From positions 2,108,001 through 2,172,000 of the forward strand of contig NW_027117341.1 of NCBI RefSeq assembly GCF_038025025.1: a stretch of 64,000 nucleotides of DNA, in the 5' to 3' direction. The notes beneath the pieces were generated by a model. That model ran no database searches. It saw only the letters and a program-made list of their open reading frames with translations, and had not been told where the DNA came from. Each line of letters starts with the position of its first letter. Within the stretch, counting starts at the first letter, position 1. Below, piece after piece: positions 40,061 through 53,253 of the stretch. The position numbers were made by a program, and so were the translations under genes. Source of the DNA: Phyllosticta citribraziliensis (taxonomy: Eukaryota).

Positions 40061-41521
40061 TCAGCCAGGCAGGCGGTCGACGCGATGCGGCGAGCCGAGG
40101 AAGTTGTTTTCGGAGATGCAGTAGTCGTCGTTGCAGTGGCCCAGCTGGTCGAAGCAGCTGTGTTGATGGTCGAGGAGGTTGCACCCGAGGCCGCTGGGAA
40201 AGGTCAGCATTGCATTTATCACGGCAACAAGATGCGTTAGGACTCACGAGTTTGTCCTGACAAGCCAGCTCTCGCCCTTCTTCTGTAGCGCCCACGACTT
40301 CCCAATGACGTCCCACTCGGTCACGGTCGAGGCGCGGCGCTCGCGCACGTCGTGCAGCAGCTGCACCCATGCCGTCTTGACGTCGGCGGCGACGCAGCCC
40401 TCGATGCGCACAGTGGGAATGTCGACGACGTAGTCCTTGGCGGCCCACAGGATCAAGCCCGTCAACACTTTGTGGCAGCACGGCGCGAGCCAGCTGTCCA
40501 TGCGGAAGCCCGAGTAGTCTTCGCGGTGGCCGAGGCGCAGCTCGAGCACGCGCAGCGGCAGGCCGCGCAGGACTTCGGCGTCGGCGGGACCCCATGGCTG
40601 CGCGGCCGTGTATATCCACGCGCCGAAGAACTTGACGGCGCTCCACGTCGTGAGCTGCAGGCACAGCTTGGCCAGGGCCGTTGGCGCGACAGTGAGCGAC
40701 GCCGGCGGCGGGGGACGGCATTCGAGGAATCGGCGCAGCGTGTAGGCCGACTGGAAGCGGAACTCGCCATTGAGCCACAGGCGATGGGAAAACTCGGCCT
40801 TGACCTGCTTGCTGGTGAGGAGCAGCGAGAGGATGGGACCGCAGCCGTTGACGATGCGGCCGCGCCCGAACAGCTCGGCCCGCACGTGGGAGCCGGGATG
40901 GCGAAAGTCGCGCGACAGCAGCCCTGCCGTTCCCGCCGGTCCCAGATAGTTCCAGTTGTGCTCAAACTCGTACGGGTAACAAAAGGACACGACGTGGTCG
41001 TAGATGATGTTGCGCAGCTCTCCAGGGAGGCGCATTAGAGGGAAATGCTGTCCATTGGTGTCCCACTGCAGAGCTTGCTTCCACGACAGGGTTCCCGGTC
41101 CAAATACGGCGTCGGTGACAGGGGGGAGCGTGTCGAGGAAGTCGGAAAATGGGCGCCAGGTATCTGAGGTGCGGATTTCGACGGTGGCTTTGGACAGGCG
41201 GAGCAGCACAATGGCTTCCCATTTGCCTTCGTTTCTCGCGTAATCCGAGTGCTGACCGAGGCTGGAATCGCGCGACAGCTCAAAGTAGTCGCCGTCTTCG
41301 CCGTCCTCTGCGCGCAAGCAGTACTGGAGCGGGTGGAGCGAGATGTAGAGCGACTGATGGTGGCCATGGATGTTTGCGACATTTTGGACGGCGATGATTC
41401 TTTGCGCAGCGGCGAGGAGGACGTCGGGCGCGCCGCCCATGTCGGGACCTGGAGAAGTCTCAGTCCTGGAGTAGAAAGCCGAAGCTATCCACGACATTCT
41501 TGACCGAATCATTGTATACAT
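40061..41521 (-). CDS. Hypothetical protein with an F-box-like motif
   Basis: Long GC-biased ORF with FPLMRLPGELRNIIYDHV and LLLTSKQVKAEF. Probable 3' intron near 40195-40246. Start and stop positions uncertain. Confidence 0.65.
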
Positions 41522-43177
41522 GCTGAGGTGCGGCGGCACATGACCAGGGACGGGACGAACGGCACACGCGACGAGATATAAGGAACGGCAGTAGCCAAAA
41601 AGAGGAGCAAAACAGGCACGCAAGCTCAAAGACTTGGGAGAGGGCTAGAGGAAAGGGGAATTGATAGCGCAACATGGCATCGGATGGATGGAGCGCTAGG
41701 CAGTGGTTACGGCCTAGTCTCATGTCGAGCTGACAGCTAGATGACATGACGCAGTGGCAGGTGGTCTGGAGGAAGGCTTTGGAGCCGCATGACGCTCGTT
41801 TGGACGTACAATGAGACGGAGGCCAGTCGCGAAGGGTCTGGGGCGGTGCGGAGACCGAGGGCGAGGAGTAACTGAGAGAGGACTAGCAGGCCAAAGGAAG
41901 AAAGGGAGGGACGAGTCTAGGGAGGATAGTTGAGATGGCGAACCAAAACCAAGACTGGATAAGCTGGTGGATTCTCCAGCACAGGTGAAACGGTAGGCGA
42001 CAAGCGAGAGACTGGGCGGGCAGAGCTGGGCCCAAAAGTAATTAAGAGAGGTACAACAGCGAGTGGCATTGTATGCTTGTGTAGCGCTGGAGTCGGCACG
42101 GCTTGAGCCGCGCGATCCGCTGCCATTTGAGTCTGAAGGCGCAGACTTTGGGACGAGGACAGGAAAAGACTGGGTTGGGTTGGCAGTGTTTCGAAATTGG
42201 CTTGCGACTGGTGCGGAACGGGAGGCTTGTCGCTTGTCTCGTCCCTTGTGAGGCTCGAGAAGTAGAGTAGCGGGACGCGCGAAAAGAAAAGACGGGCGGC
42301 AGGAACAGGAAAGGAGCCAAAGGTTGTGGGGGATGCGAGACTAGAGAACCCGGACTTGGACTTGGGGAGACAAAAAAGAACTTGGGCCCGAGTCAAGCGG
42401 CAGACAGACTCTCGCTAGCCTGACTCGCCCTGCTGCCCTGGACCTGGACCGGACTGGCCGGACAACGACGGCTGCTCCAAATCTAAATACATACCCTCCC
42501 TTCTCGTCTCGACTGCTCCGTCAACGGATGCGCTGCCGTCTGTTGTCGACGTTGACCGTCTTGACCTCGTCGCCCACCTCTCTCGAACTCGACTCGGCCG
42601 TGTTCAAGCCGCCGACAACCCGACAGGAGCTGCCAATTGTCAGCAAACGCCATGACGTCGTCCACCGTGCTTCTCCCGCTCGCTCCAATCCACTCGATCC
42701 GCGGAAATGCGACGGCTGAAGACTCTGCACACAGAGATGCGACCACAGAAGTGAAGAAAGAGGTGGGCATGCTGGATATCAAAACGTCGCCAGTGGACGG
42801 TCGGCGTTGCGTCAACCTCAAGCGAATGTCGTGATCAGGACGCCGCAGGGGCACTGTCGAAAAACACCACACGCGTCTCGCCCACGCCAATCAAATCGGC
42901 CGCTCCGTCATTCGCCCTCGACCACTGCAGCCCTCGGTGGGCCGCAATGCCTCCCATGTCCGAGATCACCGTCGAAACGGCCACGGCATCCGGCTGGCGC
43001 TGTGGCAAGCACGCAATACCGTATCGGCCTCCCATCTTTCGTAGCCGCTGTCGTAGAAAAAAAAGAACCGACTTTTTGATTTCTTCGTTCAGTCCCCAGC
43101 TTTCTCGTGGTGGAACCCAGCCCGTCTGCCAGCATTCTCCCCCCGCCGGACACTAGCCGGAATCGTGAGCCTGCATC

Positions 43178-45241
43178 ATGGCCGCCATCAACGACTCCAA
43201 GGCTCCGCTCGAGCATGCCGACGTCGAGAGGTCGTCGTCGAGCGAAAACTCGTCCGACCTCGACGACAGCTACGAAGTCTTCAAGAAGACTGAAGGGCTC
43301 GAGTACGACGAATCCGAGGCGAAGAGGGTGCTGCGCAAGATTGACTTGCGCGTCGTGCCCGTCCTCTTCGTGACCTATCTGCTCCAGTATCTCGACAAGG
43401 TGTGTGGAATCGCCAATCGCCAATAGCCAAATTGCGGCGCTGACGGGAGCAGAATGCCATCAACTATTCGAGTGTCTACGGTCTCAAGCAGGGGACGCAT
43501 CTGCACGGCGATCAGTACTCGTGGCTCAACTCGGTACGTTTCTGTCGTTAGCTCCAGAGACAGTGACTGACTTTTTAGATCTTTTACTTTGGCTACCTCG
43601 TTGCACAGTATCCCTCGGGGTACATTATGCAGAGGTGCGTCTTCATCACTGATCGACGTGCCGCAGCTGACATGGTGCAGGTTTCCCATTGGGAAGTTTC
43701 TGAGCGGCATCACCTTTGGTACGTTTCCGTCTTGGAGCTGAGGTCCTTGAGCTAACAATCTAGGCTGGGGAGTAATTCTCATCACGACGCCGGCATGCCA
43801 CAATTTCGCCGGCATCGCCGTCAACCGCTTCATGCTCGGACTCGTCGAGGCCGCAATCAACCCAGGTACGTGTCCATCTCCGCCTTCTCCGAGCCCCGTC
43901 CAAGCTGACAATCGCAGGCTTCGTGCTGGTCATGGGTCTGTGGTACACTTCCGCAGAACAGCCCCTGCGCCTGGAGGCCTACTACTGTAAGTGAAGACGT
44001 GCCCGATGCACCCTCCAGCATCAAGTGGGTCTGTGGCCCTGGCTAACTAATTCCACCATTTTCCAGGCACTAATGGTTTGGCGACTATGGTCGGTGGGTA
44101 CGTGGACACTCCTTCGTGCCCCTTTTCTCGGTTGCGTGCTGACCGGACCCTCTTGCAGTTTGATCGGGTATGCCGTTGGACACATCAACTCGGGGACCCT
44201 GGCCCGGTGGCAATACGTCTTCATCATCTTTGGAGCCGTCAGCATCTTCTGGGCCGCCATTTCGTTCCTGCTGCTGCCGGACCTGCCGTCGACGGCCAAG
44301 TTCTTGACGGAGCGGGAGCGTGCCATTGCTGTGGACCGCGTGGCCAGCAACCGTCAGGGCGTCAAGAACACGCACTTCAAGAAGGACCAAGCGTGGCAAT
44401 GTCTCGTCGACCCCAAGACCTGGATGCTGTTCATCCTGGCCATCGGGGCCCAGGTCCCCAATTCGGCCTTGACCAGCGTGAGTACCCTTGTCCATCCACC
44501 TCTCTCCGCTGCCCTCTTCTTCTCCCTTCCTCCGCTGCCCTTTTCTTCACCCTCCCTTCCTGCCCCTCCCGTGCTCCGTCTCTTCCCTGCCGTTTGCAAA
44601 ATCTTCTCACTGACGCCCCACAGTTCACCTCCATCATCATCAAGACGTTTGGCTACGACACGCTCGGCACGCAGTACCTGCAAATCCCGGGCGGCTTCGT
44701 GCAATTCGCGGCGCTGCTGGGCGGCGGCTTCGTGTGCACCAAGTGGCCCAACTCGCGCTGCATCACCATGATCGTAGCCAACCTCATCTGCATCCTGGGC
44801 GCGGCGCTGCTGGTCGGGCTGCCGGACACCAACAAGTGGGGCCGGCTCGTGGCGCTGTGGCTCTGCTTCTTCCAGGGGCTAGGCTTCAGCATGAGCCTGA
44901 CCATGGTCAGCAGCAACGTGTCGGGCTACACCAAGAAGCAACTTACCGGCGCCGCCATCTTCACGGGCTACTGCGTCGGCAACATCATCGGGCCGCAGAC
45001 GTTCAAGGACAGCGAGGCCCCCGGCTACCACTCGGCGTACATTGCCATGCTGGTCGGCTACATTGTCAAGCTGCTCAGCGTCGTCGCGCTGTACATTTAC
45101 ATGTGGAGCGTCAACAAGAAGCGTGACCGCGAGGCGGCGGCTGCGGGCCCGCTGAGCGAGCAGCAGAAGAGGGAGGCCATTGAGATGGGCATGCACGACA
45201 TGACGGAGATTGACAACAAGGGGTTTAGGTATACGTTGTAG
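43178..45241 (+). CDS. MFS transporter, allantoate permease (DAL5-like, ACS family)
   Basis: Motifs RVLRKIDLRVVP, LQYLDK, WYTSAEQPLR, LPDLPSTAKFLTERER, SNVSGYTKK, GNIIGPQTF and DMTEIDNKGFRYTL. Eight GT-AG introns between 43400 and 44623. Confidence 0.93.
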
Positions 45242-47561
45242 GCTGGCTGTTGGAGTGGTGCAGAAGTAGAGATACCCTGAGACGCGGAAAAGCTAGAGTA
45301 AGAGCACTTAGACGACGGACAGTAGACCAAGAGATATAGACATTTTTTTCTTCGTCACTCGCTCGTCCTCAACCCGTCGTCGTCACTCGTCCCCTGACTG
45401 GCAAACCAAGCCACGCGACACGACAGACGGAAAGAAAAGGCTTGACAAAAGCTTGTCTGTCTGTTCCCCCCACACATCCTTCCCTTTGCTCGCGCCAGGT
45501 GGCGCGCCGGCTGGCTGACGGCTGGCGTCGCCATCGTGCGTCCGTCCAACCGGTTGTCGTCGAATTGTCATCGCTTGTCCAGCTGCTCAAGTGCGTCGCG
45601 TGCTTCAAGTCGGCTGTGTTTATTCGTGGTACTGCAGACCTGCTAACCTTCAACATATGTCTCCTTTTCTCTACACAGTACGAGGTCATGGTACGGTGTG
45701 GTAAGCCAGCCACATCGACAGCATGCCAGCCAATTGCGCAGATATAAAGAAGGCAGTCCTCATCCAGAGCCGAGGAACCGAACGGGGGCGCACAGAGCCG
45801 TCAGTCCAGTCGGTCGTGTATAGGTATAGGCAGGTGGCAGGAGAGCACGCACGCAGCGAATCAAATCACGCCATAGATAGGCGGGCGAAGACGGTCTCTC
45901 AATTTCAACAGCAACTCGGCGTGCGTACATAGATAAACAGAGATACCAAACGCCTTCCCTTCACCTGACCTGACGCCCAGCAAAGCGACGTTGCTGCTTG
46001 TTTGTTGTTGTTGTTTGTCCTCTCACTGCACCGCTGGACGTCGCCGCGCTGGACGTCGCCGCCGCGCCACCGCAACATCACAGCAGCAGCAGCTATTCCA
46101 CACAAAGACGAAGACGGATGGAAAGATAACGAGCGGCACGGGCGGTGGTCAATCCGTACAGCGCATACAGCAACAGAAGCACACCACCGACGCGCGCCGC
46201 ACCTCATCGCATCTCATCTCTCGTCAACACCTCATCTCATCCAGACGCCAACAAACCCAACCAACGAACGACCCAACAAGCCAGCCAGCCAGCCAGCCAG
46301 TCTCGCAAACAGCATTCCAGACAGGAGCAGGGCAGCGCAGTCGACAAGACAAGGCAAGACAAGACGAGAAGAAGCGGGAAGATTGGCGCGGTGCGGTGCG
46401 GTGCGGTGTTGGCAAGAAGACGCCTCGATGTCGCAATCGCCCCGGACCTTTCTCCCATGCCTCCCATGCCTCCGCGGCTACGGCCCCAACCGTGCGAGCG
46501 TTGCGAGCGAACGGGAGCCAAGGTTAATTGCGTGATGCTGATTGCGGATTGCTGATGAGCACGAGACAAGCCCGTACATGTATGTATGTATGTATATGGA
46601 TGGAGGCAAGGTATGGAGGTATGTATGTATGTACATGACAAGAAGGGATACCGCCCGCCGCCGTCTTGCTTCGCCTCGCCGCGCCGCGCCTCGCCTTCTT
46701 TCTTCGCTCTCTTCTCGTTTCTCAATCTCTCGTTGCTGCGCTGCGCTCTGCTGCGCTCTGCTCTGCTCTGCCTTCTATCTTTCTTTCTTTCCGACACCTC
46801 GCTGGCAGCAGCTCTTGACGCCTCATTGAGTCTGTCTGTACCGATGACAAGAGCGAGGGACCTGAGGAGCAGGCTGCAAGGCTGAGATGAGATGAGAGGC
46901 GTTTCCTTCGGGGCTCCGTCCGCTCGGCCAAAGGTCCGTTCGATGGCTGGCTGGCTGATCTTTCAAGGGGGCAGACGCATTGCTGCCTCCCTGCCTGCCC
47001 TGGTGGCGCTTGGTCGCTCGCTCGCTGTATAAGTCCAGCTGCCGGCCGTCTCCTGGCTGCTTCGGCTGTCCATCTCATCTCGCCTGGCTTCGTCGACCCA
47101 TCCGGCCCGACCGACAGGTCCGCCTCCTGTCTGCCGTGCCGACCGCTGCTGACGACTGACAGCCTGCTCGTACAACCGCCGCCAGACACGCCCCATTGCT
47201 CGTCGACCACACCTTCGTCCTCTCTCGCCTCTCACCTCTCGGAACGTCGGACGACTTGGTCGTCGCCGGCTCACCTCAAAATCGACCCCGCGACTCCAGT
47301 GCCCCAATCCCATCCGAACTACCGTCCCATCCGTACACCACTCCCTGCCGGCCCGCCGTCGAAACGCGCCGAGTGCGGACGGACTACAAGGAAACAAAAC
47401 ACAAGGACCGAGAAGGAGATGGCCATAATCGGAAGAAGGAAATGTTGCCGGGATGGAAGCAGATTTGGGGGAGGGGGAGCCGAGTTGAATCGGTTCAGAA
47501 TACCTCACTCGCCAACGAGGGCGACGAGGGCCAAGGATACGTCTGGATCCTCGGGGGCATT

Positions 47562-49214
47562 TCAGAACTGGTAGCGGTTGCAGCGGGCGACGCGGCGGGT
47601 GATGTCGCGGGCGGCCAGGCGCATCTGCAGCTGGCCCTCGTTGTACTCGCGCTTGAGCAGCAGCATCTCGCGCTTCTTGGCCTCGATGATGCGCTTGATG
47701 CGGTCCAGCTCGGCGTTCTGGCGCGGCGCGTCGGCGCGGCAGTTGGCCACGTACGGCGAGTGGTCGACGGCCCACTTCTCGTACCGCATCCAGTTCTTGT
47801 CGTCGACGGCCATGGCCGACGCGTGCAGCAGGTCCGTCGACCAGTACGCCGTGCCGCCGCCCGTCGACAGGAGGGCTTGGGACAGCGCCCCCATGACCAG
47901 GTCCGCCATGACGGCCTGCTGCGCCTCGAAGATGAGGAAGATGGGGAACTGCTTGGCGCGGAAGCCGCGCCCGGGGAACAGGGCGTTGGCGACGGCCTCG
48001 ACCAGGTTCATGAGGAACTTGGCCGACGAGTGGGCGTCGTTGGCCGCCTCGCGCGCCGCGTAGTTGACCGTGTAGCCCACGTCGACGAGCGGGAAGCGCA
48101 GCGGCTCGGCCCACTCGCTCGTCGGCGTCTTGTCGAGGCGCGAGTGCAGCTTCTGGCAAAACATTTCCAGCTCGGCGATGCGCGCCTCGGACGGCGTGGC
48201 GTAGGCGTTCTCGTACGACGCCAGGTACTTGCGGCGCCCGGCCTTGGACAGGTTCTCGTTCCACTTGTCCGGGCTCTTGTACGTGTCGACGCACAGGGCG
48301 AGCTCCCACTCGCTGGTGCGCGAGTAGCGGCGCAGGGCCTCGATCACGTCAAAGAGCTCGGTCGGGCTGGGGGACTGGTTCAGCTCGTCGACGAGGACGC
48401 GCTGGTAGATGCACGGCTGCGCGGCGGCCTGGGCTCGCAGGCGGCCGATGGCTTCGACGGTGGCCGAGTCGTGCTCGGCGTCCCAGGCCAGGTTGCCGTC
48501 GAGCAGGGCGTGGAGCACGCTGTTCTCGGTCGAGGTGAGAATGTCGTAGCAGATTTTGCTGACCGAGGGCACCTTTGAGCCTACGAGGGTGTCGCAGCCG
48601 CGGGCAATGTCGCGCAGCAGCAGCTCAATCAGCGGGTTGTAGCCCTGCTTGAGCGCGTTGACGTACTCGTCGCGCGTGCGGTCGCGCGGCTGGATGCTCT
48701 CTACGTGAAAGGGGGACTGCGGCCTGGTCGACTCGGCGCCGGCGTCTGCTGGCTCTGCTGCAGGTGGTGCGGCCGGGGCGGTGGATGCCACGACGTAGCG
48801 CACGCTGCTGGACTGCAGCTCGGCGTCGTCCTCCTGCTCCGTCTCGGCCAGCCGCGCCGAGTCGTGCTCCTCTGCTAACCGCATGCTGTACTCGAGCGTG
48901 TGGCAGGTCAGAACTGGGCACCATGTTAGTCTCGTCCGCAGGTAGGCCACGTGATTTGGGTGATTTGGCGGGTGATTTTGATCTTCAAGGGGCACGGTTT
49001 TTGATTTTTTTTTTTTTAACTCGAGAATTCGACGTGCGCGAGTGACTTGAGTTGAATGGTGAGTGGAGTACTGACCCTGGGCATCGTCGGCGTCAAAGTG
49101 GGCTGGTTGCAGGCGGATTCGCTTTGCCGAGTTGTCGGATTGCATCGAGGCCTGGGTAGACAGCGAGTCGGAGGACCGCTGGCGCGACGAGGAGAGCGAA
49201 GCCATGGCGGACAT
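47562..49214 (-). CDS. Conserved-looking hypothetical protein, possibly a degenerate GIY-YIG-like fold
   Basis: 550-codon ORF with strong GC3 bias from ~48870 to the stop. Probable in-frame intron 49075-48872. Motifs QPCIYQRVL, PLVDVGYT, FLMNLVEAV and GGG; C-terminal coiled coil. Confidence 0.7.
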   Translation of the reverse strand: MSAMASLSSSRQRSSDSLSTQASMQSDNSAKRIRLQPAHFDADDAQGQYSTHHSTQVTRARRILELKKKKSKTVPLEDQNHPPNHPNHVAYLRTRLTWCPVLTCHTLEYSMRLAEEHDSARLAETEQEDDAELQSSSVRYVVASTAPAAPPAAEPADAGAESTRPQSPFHVESIQPRDRTRDEYVNALKQGYNPLIELLLRDIARGCDTLVGSKVPSVSKICYDILTSTENSVLHALLDGNLAWDAEHDSATVEAIGRLRAQAAAQPCIYQRVLVDELNQSPSPTELFDVIEALRRYSRTSEWELALCVDTYKSPDKWNENLSKAGRRKYLASYENAYATPSEARIAELEMFCQKLHSRLDKTPTSEWAEPLRFPLVDVGYTVNYAAREAANDAHSSAKFLMNLVEAVANALFPGRGFRAKQFPIFLIFEAQQAVMADLVMGALSQALLSTGGGTAYWSTDLLHASAMAVDDKNWMRYEKWAVDHSPYVANCRADAPRQNAELDRIKRIIEAKKREMLLLKREYNEGQLQMRLAARDITRRVARCNRYQF

Positions 49215-52200
49215 TCAGGCCAGATCCGGCGGGTTTGGGAGAGGGTTGAAGCAGACGGCTGCAGAGGTGGATAGGAGAGGATGAGATGAGGTGGATGGGT
49301 GGGTGGGATGCCGAGACGAGGTGGTGGGATGCGGCGGTTGGGATGAGGGTTCGGGGGGCGTCTGGCGTTGAAGGGAGGGATATGGATAGAATGTCGTGAG
49401 AGAGAGACGGGAAGACAAGGGCGGAGTGAAGGGACCGACGTGGACGGGGTTTGTATGTCAATGGTGGTGAGGGCTGCCCTGGTGGAGGTGGAGGTGGAGC
49501 TTCCTTTGCGTAAGCTCGCGGGGCCCGTGGCCAGAAGAGAGCAGCGCGCCGCCCCGAGTCAGTCAGACTGCCTTGCCTGCATTGTAGTACCCTTCACCAC
49601 CACGGCACCACCCTCTGTCCCCACCGCTACATACTATGCTACCCTCGACGGGAGTCCTGAATTTCAGACGCTGCCGTCTTTGTTTGACCGGACTTATCTT
49701 CTCCTCGTCTGTCGTCTCCCCGCATCTGCTGTCTACTGTCTCCTGCGTCCTGTCCTGTCCATACTCGCTGATCCGCATGACGGCTCCATTCCTTGCGGGC
49801 CCAGACCACCAGTGAGTGTATCGCGAGAAGAGAGTGTCGGATGGCACCGAATGGCTATTGGACACGTTGAGCGAGCGGCGTTGTATATACAACAAACTCG
49901 CCCGTCTGTTTGCTCCATCACCTTTCAAGGTTATGTGGATGGTCGACCATCATCTGTCCATCCATCCCTATCCTCCATGCCTCCCTATCAGTGCATCTGG
50001 CTCTTATCAGCGTGCATGCAGTGGCAGTTTTAGGGCGTCCCCTTTGTAGTCATGTGCAGAGTGATCTTCGACGACTACCACCAAACACCGAGCCCTCCAT
50101 CGGCTTTGTCCTGCTTGTCGGCGGCAGAGGCAGACGAGTTGGGTTGAGCATTTGACGGGCACAGGCAGCGTTGGTATTGTCCGCGGTCAAAGAAGAAGTA
50201 CACAAACAAAATGCCCTCGACTGTGCCTCGACTGCATTCCCCCCGTCGAAGCTTGGCATGGCGGCCGTCGTCCGATGCCTTGGCGGCCTTGCGTTGGAGC
50301 AGACGCAGTAAAGAGTTACAGACTGTCGCTCGGCTAGGTACCGGTAGGTATGAGTATCGTCGGTCGTCATCATCAAACGAAACGCGGCATGCGTCATCGC
50401 TGCGACCAAAATAAGCCTCCAAATGTCCGTCGTCGTCGTCGAGGTGCGTGCGACTGCAGTGGGTGCGTGCAATAACAATGCGACCGACCGACCAGACCAG
50501 CACCTATGCCTCCTCCCTGCAGGGGGATCGCAGCTCTCCGTCTCCACCCGCTACTCCACCACCACCACCACCACCACCACTCCCTCTCTCCTCCCAGTTG
50601 AGTGCCCGTCAACGAAGACGACCACGACGCCCTTCATCATTCTCCCAGCCTGCCCTGGCTCTCGATGCGCTTCCCCGAAACAAGCCCCCACGTCGCCTAC
50701 CACCTCGTCGTCGCTCCCTGTCCTGTCTGCCGCGACCCAAAGCACCACCGCCCTCTCGATCCCTCCTCGTGTCGCCCTCCGCGTCTCTTCTCCATCCCCA
50801 TCTCGACCCACGCCGTCCACGGTCGAGACCGTCCGCTGTCCGTCGTCTCCAGCGGCACGAGGAGCACAGTCTGCGCATGTCCTCCACCGCCATGCTTGTC
50901 TCCATGCTTTCACTCACGAACTCCTCGCTTAGCCATGTATAGTACATACCTAGCCGCGCCGCGCCCTCAAACTTCCCTCCCTCTCTCAATCCGTCATCTT
51001 TTACGTACCGCGTACCGCCGCCGCTCACTCTGCTATACCACAACCAGCCGCTCTCCGCTCCCGTCAGCCTCAGCCTCGGATCCAGACAATTCCAGCCTTG
51101 AAAGCTTTTCTTCCTGATCGCCACCGTCCGCCCCATCCATCCATGTGGCGCCGTCAGTCCGTCTCCCTCGTCTGGCGGCTCTGCGGTTGGTAGGTACTCG
51201 CCGCCAATGCGATCGCGATGCCCAGCCAGCCACCCGCCCGCTCGCACGCGCCCGCTCCCTCTGCGTAACTGATCGCCGTTGATTGGCCTGGCCTGCCCGA
51301 GCACTGACGGGTGGTCGGTCGGTCGGACACGAGCACCAAGGTCGGAGCGGAGCGGAGCGGGCGGCGTAGGGCAGGAGACAACGGGCTGTTGGAGACGTTT
51401 GCGCGCACAGTTTCCTCGCGGACTGAGTGCAGATGAGGTGAGGGTTGGACGGTGGATTGTGCGGTGGAGGGAAAAGGTCTCCTGAGCGCTGGAGACGGCG
51501 AATGTCAGTATCTCAGGGCTTGTAGGTAGGTAGGCGCGTCTTTTACTCAGACACGACGAGTAGGCCATCAGACTTCATGCCATGTAGTCCAGTCCATATG
51601 TAGACTCCCTATCTTGTACCAGGTACCAGTCGGTAGGACCATACACACAACCCACCGCCCACACCACTTACCCATGGACTCTTTCACCGCAGCACCCACC
51701 TCAGCGTCGGCGTGAACTCAGATATGCCCTGCCCTGCCCGAGCACGTCAAGACAATCGAGTCCATCCCGAGTCCGTCACAGCTGACCTCCAGCCAGCCAT
51801 CCCCAGCTCCGCACAAAGCAAGCGCACTGTCTTTCCCCATTCTCTTCATCCCCTGCCTCACCGCACGAGATGTGCGCCTCACCGCACGGCCTCGCCGGTC
51901 ACTGCCAAAACAGAAACCGCCTCACGTGTCTTCTCCCTCCACTACAGCATAGCACACAGTCCAAACGCTCCCACAGCTCCCGCGTATGTAGGTATCTTCC
52001 TCAGCCGATTCGATCTGCATCCGCATCTGCAATATACCATCTACACACAAAAACCTTGCGAAACGGATACGCAAGTACTCATGACAGACAAGAACAGCGC
52101 GTTGGTCGCGTACAAGCACGCTTCTAAGGCCCCCTTCATCAATTCTTTAACACAGGGAAAACAAGTCGTCCCCTTGTAGTCATGGACTGGATGAAAAGAA

Positions 52201-52346
52201 AAGAGTACCTGCTGCAATCGTTTTCGGTTTTAAAAGGAAAACAGAGTTCAAGACGGGGCGAAGACGGGAGCTCCGGAAATAAAGCATTTACATAAACTCA
52301 TGAGCGAGAGAGATGTCCGAGTGCGAGGGCCTTGGGAGCGGTGGGT

Positions 52347-52376
52347 GGATGGATGGATGGATGGATGGATGGATGG
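52347..52376 (+). repeat. (GGAT)n microsatellite
   Basis: About seven tandem GGAT units. Other short tandem repeats: (GTC)n at ~14359-14386 and (CCA)n at ~50556-50580. Confidence 0.9.
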
Positions 52377-52576
52377 ACGGCAGTAAGAGGCACTGAGAAG
52401 ACGACGCTGAAAAATACAGGTGCTGCAGTAGTGAGTACTCCAGTCTTCAGTACACATCTATCCATGCAAGAGGACAGCAGAACCAGCGGTGGATCATGGC
52501 ACCACCATGGTTGCTCTAGATCCCCTGACGCTCTGGCAAGAGTATAAATTTTATCAGTGAGCAGAGTTTTCAAAAT

Positions 52577-52699
52577 GGCCGGTTGGCGCAATGGTAGCGC
52601 GCACCCCTCCTATCATGTGACCCGTAAATTATATATTACGGTACATTACGTGCTTAGTCAGCCAGGGTGAGGCTGTGCGTTCGAGTCGCACATCGGTCG
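52577..52699 (+). tRNA. tRNA-Arg(CCT) with a 51-nt intron
   Basis: Acceptor stem GGCCGGT/ATCGGTC; D-arm GCGC-AATGGTA-GCGC; anticodon stem CACCC/GGGTG with CCT at 52609-52611; intron 52613-52663 at the canonical 37/38 position; T-arm GTGCG-TTCGAGT-CGCAC; downstream T-runs as Pol III terminator. Confidence 0.93.
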
Positions 52700-53253
52700 A
52701 ATTCTTTTCGTTTTTTAACGCCTCTGAAATTTTTTTTTTTCGTTCTTTTTTGGTCGGGAGGGACAGGGGGCATGCAGAGGGGATTTGGAAGGGATGGTGA
52801 GGGGGCGGGGTGCGTGGGGATGCCTGTTGTCGAAAGGAACCGGTCCTTTTTGGGGGGGTTTTCTTTGGTGGAGGGGGCTCGGCTATGAGAGGTCGGACAG
52901 CTACCTTAGCGAGGTATGTGGTGCATGCCGGGCGAGGGAAGGAAACCCCCTTTTCTTTTACCTTTGCACCAGCAGGCGACAGTCACGACTTGCGGTACAA
53001 GTAACGAGAACAGCATAGACATTCAAGAGCCTGGCATGCAAGGGAAGCAATCGATTCCTACTACCACGAAACTGACACACCACCTCCCTCCTCCCGCACA
53101 AATACCTGCTGGCGCCACCATGCAGGAAGCTTTCAAGAGCAAACCTCCACCAGACTGACAAGAGAAAATGCCCGAAGAGTCGACGTACAGGGAGCATCCG
53201 TGAGCAACCGTCAACCGCACCGATCAAGACAAAAACCAGTACACCCACCAGCT

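Noticed and set aside
45355..47210. ORFs in microsatellite-rich DNA (also 13.8-14.8 kb and 49.3-52.5 kb)
   Set aside because: Low-complexity UTR or intergenic sequence producing spurious frames.
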